The notes under the pieces are model-generated. The model was not told where the DNA came from. It saw only the letters and a program-made list of their open reading frames with translations, and did no database searches. A program made the position numbers and the translations under genes. Positions 40,461-41,061 of a stretch of 41,061 nucleotides of DNA are shown here, in pieces (the first letter of the stretch is position 1; each line of letters begins with the position of its first letter). The DNA is from Candidatus Iainarchaeum sp. (GTDB taxonomy: Archaea; Iainarchaeota; Iainarchaeia; Iainarchaeales; Iainarchaeaceae), in the NCBI GenBank assembly GCA_038895675.1, contig JAWANB010000002.1, positions 1 through 41,061 of the forward strand. The letters are read 5' to 3'.

Positions 40461-40921
40461 ATTGGTCCTTTCTCCTTTATTTTTACTAATTTTCCACATT
40501 GTATTTCTGCTGTTGTTGGGTTGTTTGCATAACCATTTTTCCAATATGTTGCTCCTGTTTCGTTTTCAAAGTCTATGTAAAGATCTGTAAAGTTTATTCC
40601 TGAGTATCCTTGTTGGATTTTGTCTATTATTACGTTCATGTCTTTTGTCTGATTATCTATAATTATTTTGCATTCTTTTATCGTGCTTTGGTTGTTATTT
40701 GCTAATGTCGTGTTAAATTTTAGGTCTATGTTTACGTCGTATGCTTTTACTGCTAAGATTGCTGAGTAAAATGTTATTAGCATTTGTTTTGCTGAATTGT
40801 TTTTTGCTATTTCTTCTGTGTTTTTTTCTAAGTTGCTTGTTGTTATTGCTATTGCGCTTATGAATATTGTTGCTACTATTATTGCCAATGCTAAGTCAAG
40901 GCTTATTTGTGCTTTTTGCAT
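40457..40921 (-). CDS. Pilin-like protein with class III signal peptide
   Basis: MQKAQ|ISLDLALAIIVATIFISAIAI. It is the first gene of the cluster. Confidence 0.55.
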   Translation of the reverse strand: MQKAQISLDLALAIIVATIFISAIAITTSNLEKNTEEIAKNNSAKQMLITFYSAILAVKAYDVNIDLKFNTTLANNNQSTIKECKIIIDNQTKDMNVIIDKIQQGYSGINFTDLYIDFENETGATYWKNGYANNPTTAEIQCGKLVKIKEKGPI

Positions 40922-40942
40922 AATTCATAATTGGTTTTTCAA

Positions 40943-40950
40943 TTTAAATA
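40943..40950 (-). promoter_or_regulatory. TATA-box-like element upstream of the pilin-like operon
   Basis: AATTTAAATAATT at 40941-40953 lies about 22-30 nt upstream of the ATG at 40921. That spacing fits a leaderless or near-leaderless archaeal transcript. Confidence 0.35.
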
Positions 40951-41061
40951 ATTGTGTTATGTGTTTTTTTGGTGTTTTGTTTTTAGGTGTTTTCCTAATA
41001 AAAACCAAGTCTTTAAAAAAAGATTTGAGTAGTTTCTTCTTATGAGAAATTTTGTTTTGTT

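Overview
This 41 kb window is a chromosomal segment of an AT-rich archaeon, probably a small-genome DPANN-type lineage. That placement is an inference from gene content: RadA, RPA, archaeal DnaG, Hjc, NurA/HerA, Rad50, SRP54/FtsY, aIF6, r-proteins S19e/L39e/L31e/LX/S17e, Rpo6, aEF-1beta, class I CCA enzyme and GGGP synthase. I call 55 CDS, one gene fragment and 4 tRNAs, one of which carries a canonical 18-nt intron. All family assignments rest on motifs I recognise by eye, not on searches. Three things stand out. (1) At 16080-17815, inside an otherwise conserved ftsY / r-protein / pfdA neighbourhood, lies a decayed type V-A (Cas12a) CRISPR-Cas remnant. It has three copies or part-copies of a 36-nt repeat ending in the Cas12a crRNA handle AATTTCTACTATTGTAGAT. 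It also has the first ~48 codons of cas12a fused in frame to a half repeat. An AbiE-like toxin-antitoxin pair sits between the repeats, and the terminal repeat cuts off the zinc-ribbon half of the RNase P protein Rpp21. (2) The + strand is strongly T>A across the whole window whatever the gene orientation. As a result + strand proteins are F/S/V/L-rich and - strand proteins are K/E/N/I/T-rich. Two islands escape this skew: the CRISPR/TA island and a tRNA-flanked transglutaminase gene. (3) Several smaller items are reported as findings. These are a short, probably inactivated family-B DNA polymerase N-terminal/exonuclease-like paralogue, a NurA / Zn-ribbon / HerA operon separated from a short Rad50 with no Mre11, a four-gene pilin-like operon with a separate ATPase and prepilin peptidase, basic tails on r-proteins, and a recurrent intergenic AGTC(G/T)TTT motif. 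Many ORFs in the six-frame track are compositional shadow ORFs and were rejected.
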